Shown here piece after piece: positions 32,627 to 37,845 of a stretch of DNA of 37,845 bases. The first letter of the stretch is position 1; each line of letters opens with the position of its first letter. The position numbers were made by a program, and so were the translations under genes. The notes beneath the pieces were generated by a model. That model had not been told where the DNA came from and did no database searches. It saw only the letters and a program-made list of their open reading frames with translations. The DNA is taken from assembly GCF_006345805.1 (NCBI RefSeq), contig NW_021835922.1, positions 1 through 37,845 of the forward strand, given 5' to 3'. The stretch is from Octopus sinensis (taxonomy: Eukaryota).

Positions 32627-32933
32627 GGACTCCAAATTTGCCATCAAGATAGCTCTTCAATATCCTCCCAAAGAACCTAAGAGACCTGCATGGGGTAGAT
32701 GCAGATGTCTTTAAAATGAAACTGGATCTCTTCTTGTCAGGTGTCCCAGATGAACCAACTTCACGGCAGGAAGTGCAGATGAGGGCAGCTGCAGCATCGA
32801 ACTCTCCTCAGCACCAGATGGCATTTGCTAAAAAGCATTCGTGAAGTAAATCATGTAGCAACACCAAATGGCGGTGCCCCAGCATGGCCACAGCTTGTGA
32901 GCTGAAAACTAAATGAAATAAAAAAAAATAAAA
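32627..32933 (+). mobile_element. Second CR1-group 3' end, inverted relative to the first
   Basis: Aligns to the reverse complement of 31198-31550 with scattered substitutions and an ~40-nt internal deletion. Confidence 0.92.
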
Positions 32934-32990
32934 TATATATAAATATATACATACATATATATATACATACATATATAATAATAAATATAT

Positions 32991-33033
<43 letters not shown>

Positions 33034-33124
33034 GATATATATACATATACATACATATATATATAGAGATATAATATATATATACATAGATATATATACA
33101 TATACATATACATACATATATAAT

Positions 33125-33165
<41 letters not shown>

Positions 33166-33235
33166 CATATATTATATATACATATATATATATACATATA
33201 CATACATATATATATATATATATTGATATATATAT

Positions 33236-34521
33236 CTGGTGACTAAAGGCCTCTCGCTCAGAGTAAAAGGCAGACTGTATGATGCGTGTGTATGAAACAC
33301 AGCCATTCTCATGGCAGCGAAACATGGGCCGTGACTGCTGAGGACATGCGTAAGCTCGTGAGGAATGAAGCCAGTATGCTCCGATGGATTGTAATGTCAG
33401 TGTACATACTCGACAGAGCGTTAGCACCTTGAGAGAAATGTTGTACCTAAGAAGCATCAGTTGTGGTGTGCAAGAGAGACGATTGCGCTGGTATGGTCAT
33501 GTGGCGAGAATTTATGAAGATAGGTGTGTAAGAAAGTGCCAATCCCTAGCAGTTGAGGGAACCCGTGAAGAAGGTAGACCCAGGAAAACCTGGGACGAGG
33601 TGGTGAAGCACGACCTTCGAACTTAGGCCTCACTGAGGAAATGACCAGCGACCGAGACCTTTGGAATATTCTGTACGTGAGAAGACCAGGCAGGACAAGT
33701 GAGCCCAGCCCACTTATGAATGCCTTTCCTCCCTTGGACACAAAGACCTGTTGAGGCAAGCGAAGTCGATATAGAACCTCATCCGACGACAGACACCCCA
33801 TGCCAACCCCCATGCTTGCGAAGACATGTTGGGGCAAAGCGAAATCGAAATCGAAACCGAATTGAACCAGCCAGGATCCTGGCCTGGTGGTACGTAAAAA
33901 GCACTATCCGACTCGTGGCCGTGGCACATAAAATACTCCAATGCGACCGTACGACAGGCAACCCATGCCAACCCCCTTTGCTTGTGAAGACATGTTGGGG
34001 CAAGCGAAATCGAAATCGAATTGGACCAGCCAGGATCCCTGGTCTGGTGGTACGTAAAAAGCACTATCCGACTCGTGGCCGTGGCACGTAAAATACTCCA
34101 ATGCGACCGTACGACAGGCACCCATGCCAACCCCCTTTGCTTGTGAAGACATGTTGGGGCAAGTGAAATCGAAATCGAATTGGAACCAGCCAGGATCCCT
34201 GGTCTGGTGGTACGTAAAAAGTACTATCCGACTCGTGGCCGATGCCAGCACCGCCTCGATGGCTTCTGTGCCGTGGCACATAATACACCAATCTGACCGT
34301 GGCCGTTGCCAGCCTCGCCTGGCACCTGTGCAGGTGGCACGTAAAAAGCACCCCACTACACTCACGGAGTGGTTGGCGTTAGGAAGGGCATCCAGCTGTA
34401 GAAACATTGCCAGATTAGACTGGAGCCTGGTGCAGCCTTCTGGCTTCTCAGAACCCCGGTCGAACCGTCCAACCCATGCTAGCATGGAGAACGGACGTTA
34501 AACGATGATGATGATGATGAT
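33236..34521 (+). mobile_element. 5'-truncated RTE LINE with expanded 3'UTR
   Basis: [19 protein letters not shown]...[12 protein letters not shown]...GRPRKTWDEVVKHDLRT, then a repeat array and the (GAT)n tail. Confidence 0.93.
33788..34241. repeat. ~160-bp tandem repeat (about 2.8 units) in the RTE 3'UTR
   Basis: catgccaacccc at 33799, 33964 and 34123. Internal (cgaaat)n. Confidence 0.92.
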
Positions 34522-34842
34522 ATATACATACATATATATATATACATGTATATATACATATATATATATATACACATATATATATACATATATAGGTTTT
34601 TTTGTTTTTTTCTTATGTGCTAGGCCACTTGGTGTTAAACTGATGGTATTATTAAATTAATATCTAATTTTTCACCCTCATTTATGAATTTATACATATA
34701 TATTTATATACATATATATATACATATATACATATATATATGTGCATATATATATACATATATACATATATACATATATATATATACATATATACATATA
34801 TATACACATATATACACATATATATATATACATATATATATA

Positions 34843-35239
34843 CTAGCAGTATCGCCCGGCGTTGCTCGGGTTTGTAAGGGAAATAATTATATAAGCATTT
34901 TTAGAGATGTAAAGTATAATAGCCATCTCAATATGGCTAACCACAAAGGGGGAGGGGCGTTACTGTAGCTTTTTACGTTCTGAGATTTAATAATAAATTT
35001 TAGAGAGTTACTTCCCTTATATATGTCAAAAATGGATTAAAAATGGGGAAAAATTGATGGTAAATTTTTTTTTAAATCGTAGACTCATCGTAGACGCGCG
35101 CTAATACCCAGACGGTCTCGATATGAATCACGACTATAAGATACCCGGTTTTGGTTAAACTGCACCGCAAAATGTGGGAGTAGTTTAGGAATCTAAATCG
35201 TAGGAGACAGACACACAACCTCACTTTTATATATAAAGA
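34843..35239 (-). mobile_element. Non-autonomous Helitron, 397 bp
   Basis: Minus strand A|TCTTTATATATAAAAG ... CCCGAGCAACGCCGGG hairpin, cgatactg, CTAG|T. This gives 5' TC, 3' CTAG, a subterminal hairpin, insertion between A and T, and no TSD. Confidence 0.9.
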
Positions 35240-35301
35240 TTTCCTCTATTTAACATAATATTGAGGTCTCTTTCTTTCTTTTGTTATCTTACTGTTTTTA
35301 C

Positions 35302-35337
<36 letters not shown>

Positions 35338-35346
35338 TATATATAG

Positions 35347-35666
35347 TTACAGAGATGTACTTGCATAGCAAGTGACTTGATCTGAGATCGTGTGCTGGAA
35401 CGAAAACAGTTGCAGCGTTGAAGGTGTTTATAAGCCATTTAAGAAACACACAAAAACCGTTAGATTCACTTCAACATTTAAATTAATTTGTCAAAATATT
35501 TTCGTCGCTTTGAGACCGCGACCTGTTAGCACGATATTTTTGTCAGTGAACAGGTCGCGGTCTCAAAGCGACGAAATTTTTGGCAAATTAAATTTAAATG
35601 TTGAAGTGAATGTAACGGTTTTTTGTGTGTTTCTTAAATGGCTTACAAACACCTTCCACGCTGCAA
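35347..35666. repeat. Foldback element: 118-bp inverted arms (35410-35527 / 35549-35666) with a 21-bp spacer; probably Penelope pLTR-derived
   Basis: ttgcagcg...gcgacctgtt is mirrored by aacaggtcgc...cgctgcaa. The left copy extends ~60 bp further. Flanked by (TA)n. Confidence 0.9.
35539..35587 (+). ncRNA. Candidate hammerhead variant with G3:C8 core swap
   Basis: TTTGTCA GTGAACA G GTCGC ggtctcaaa GCGAC GAAA TTTT TGGCAAA. The mirror copy (35487-35527, minus strand) supplies GAAA ATATTT TGACAAA. Confidence 0.6.
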
Positions 35667-35684
35667 TATATATATACACATATA

Positions 35685-35720
<36 letters not shown>

Positions 35721-35769
35721 TGTATGTATGTAGTGTGTATATGTGTATGCATGTATGTGTGTGTGTGTG

Positions 35770-35984
35770 CGTGTCTGTGCTTGTGATTGTCCACCACTGC
35801 TTGACAACGAATGTTGGTTTGTTTACATCCCTGTCACCTAGTGGTTTGACAAAGGAAACAGATAGAATAAGTACAATGCTTACAAAAATAAAACTGGAGT
35901 TGATTCATTAAACTACAATTCTTCAAGGCATTGCCCCAGCATGGCCACAGAGCAATGGCTGGAAAAAGCAGAAGAATAAAAGAA
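35770..35984 (+). mobile_element. 3' half of the 25744-family SINE
   Basis: gcttgacaac...gatagaataagtac...cttcaaggcattgccccagcatggccacag. Confidence 0.8.
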
Positions 35985-35985
35985 T

Positions 35986-36162
35986 TGAGGGGGACCTCTA
36001 CATGGTAGCTAGACCTGGTAGAAATAGCAGCAAAATTTCCCCCAAATCACACCTTACTGTCTTATCTATGTATATATGTATGTATGAGCCTATGAGGGAG
36101 ACCCCTACATGGCAGCTAGACATGGTAGAAATAGCAGCCAAATCTCCCCTTACTGTCTTATC
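35986..36162. repeat. Two diverged ~75-bp copies of a dispersed-repeat fragment
   Basis: tgaggg..acc.ctacatgg.agctagac.tggtagaaatagcagc.aaat...ccttactgtcttatct occurs twice. A related reverse copy lies near 11545-11600. Confidence 0.75.
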
Positions 36163-36212
36163 TTTCTGCTACTTGGATATAGGTGTTATATTCGTCTAAA
36201 AAAACTTTCCTG

Positions 36213-36252
36213 TCGCACACTCACGCGCGCGCGCACGCACGCACACACGCAC

Positions 36253-36302
<50 letters not shown>
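36213..36302. repeat. (CG)/(CA)n microsatellite
   Basis: cgcgcgcgcgcacgcac followed by a long CA run. Confidence 0.93.
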
Positions 36303-36305
<3 letters not shown>

Positions 36306-36684
36306 AGCTTACAATTTTATTTATATATTTGCGTGTGTATGTGTTGAAAGAGGAAGTGGGAGGCAGAGTGAAAGAATCACTCACTACAGTAAGCGAATTA
36401 CTTTCATTTTATTCGTTGCCCACTGTGTGTGTGCGTTTGCGTGTAGTGTAAACCAGACTAAGAAAAGCATTTGACACACACACCAGAATGTGAGTTTTCT
36501 GTAAATTTTGCTTAATTGGAGTTTAAATTTTGAAAACTGGACCTGGCATGACGCGATGCATTGTACTCTTAAAACTGCTAGGTAAATTGTAATTGAAGAA
36601 ATCCTATATTGTAGATTTGTATAACTCCCAAAGGGAGGCAGATAAAATCTGCCTTTTATAATAAGAGATATATACATATATATG

Positions 36685-36756
<72 letters not shown>

Positions 36757-36819
36757 TACATACATATACATATATATCATACATATATATAATATATATA
36801 TATATACATATATATATAC

Positions 36820-36926
<107 letters not shown>

Positions 36927-36956
36927 CCTATATATATCACACACACCACACATATA

Positions 36957-36995
<39 letters not shown>

Positions 36996-37845
36996 TGATA
37001 TGGAGGTCAGTTGAGAAACAGAGTGCTTGTGGCCTGGTTTCGTGGTTTGGCACCAGGCAGACAGATAAAGCCTTTGTCCTGTCGGTTTCTGGAGAGATTA
37101 ATGGGTTTGGAAGAGACATCTGACCCTTTTTCGGTCAGGGAAAGTTTAAGAAACCACCCTTTAAAATGCAACGAACCGGGTTTGTTGGTCAGTTCTGCCT
37201 GAGACAGTGAATTGGCAACAGGGCAGTTCGGCAGTTTGGCCAAAGACAGCAGTGATACGGACGGTCAGCCAAGAAGGTGGCGATGGCGAGAGGCAACGAC
37301 AACGTTGAGAAAGACAGGCAGTGAATGTGAGAGATGACAAGCGCATTGAGAAAGACAGACAGATAGCATTGGGGACATGTAAAGCGAAAGAGAGGGATTA
37401 CGGCGGAAAGGCATGGCTATTGTAGTAGGAGTTTGTAACGGTATGTTTGTTTATGTTTTGATGTGAAATGTAAAAAGAAACAAGATTGTGACATAAATTG
37501 TAATCTGTTGTAAAGAACTAAAAAAAAAGAATTGATGAAGAGAAAAAAAGAATTGTGTCAAAGAAAAGAGAACATTGTGAATTGAGAACAGAGGAAGAAG
37601 AAAGAAAGAGAAAGACTTTAATGTTGAACTGTTCCGAACTATATTGCATCAATTTGAACTGTTTTGATTGTCTCCGGACTTGGTGTATCGTGCATACCTT
37701 TGATTGTTTTTGAACGACATGTTATGTTTAAATGCATTGGTTATTTTTCTTTTTAATTCTGTTGCATGTTATTTTCTTTAATGTAACTGATATGTTTTCA
37801 CGTTTTATTTGATGTAATAATGTTATAAACTGTTCTTAAATGTAA
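36996..37845 (+). mobile_element. Probable LTR (runs off the window)
   Basis: Begins with TG immediately after (TA)n. TATA-like TTTAAAA at 37160 with an Inr TCAGTT whose A (37191) is 31 nt downstream. Non-coding and T-rich distally. No terminal CA, PBS or partner LTR visible. Confidence 0.5.

Noticed and set aside
33714-34020. HDV-like ribozyme in the RTE 3'UTR (tcc-tccctt-gga; gcgaa motifs)
   Set aside because: Could not build P1, P1.1 and P2 consistently; the nested double pseudoknot does not close.
35390-35911. 173-aa ORF
   Set aside because: Runs across a foldback repeat, a microsatellite and a SINE; chimeric chance ORF with a GTG start.

Overview
AT-rich, microsatellite-laden animal genomic DNA, most likely octopus (inferred from recalled SINE, RTE and MITE families). 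There is one host coding exon: the first coding exon of the cohesin loader NIPBL/Nipped-B on the minus strand (CDS 300-363, MNGEIPSVPIITLAGVTTLTD). Its donor site falls 64 nt after the ATG, as in human. The rest of the window is therefore NIPBL intron 1 and/or upstream DNA, filled with nested transposons. These comprise two Penelope-like elements (one very AT-rich, with a poly-Asn linker and an ~840-bp inverted arm; one GC-rich and Neptune-like), several RTE LINEs (one near full length, with a PHD-like finger inside its RT), back-to-back CR1-group LINEs, an L1/Tx1 3' end, a piggyBac remnant and TTAA MITEs, a Helitron, tRNA-derived SINEs, a ~250-bp satellite and a probable LTR. The most notable hidden layer is a set of hammerhead ribozyme motifs from four different families. 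One is a candidate G3:C8 core-swap variant inside a foldback repeat and another is a minimal A6U variant. Nearly all ORFs in the supplied track are TE fragments or microsatellite artefacts. All alignments and folds were done by eye.
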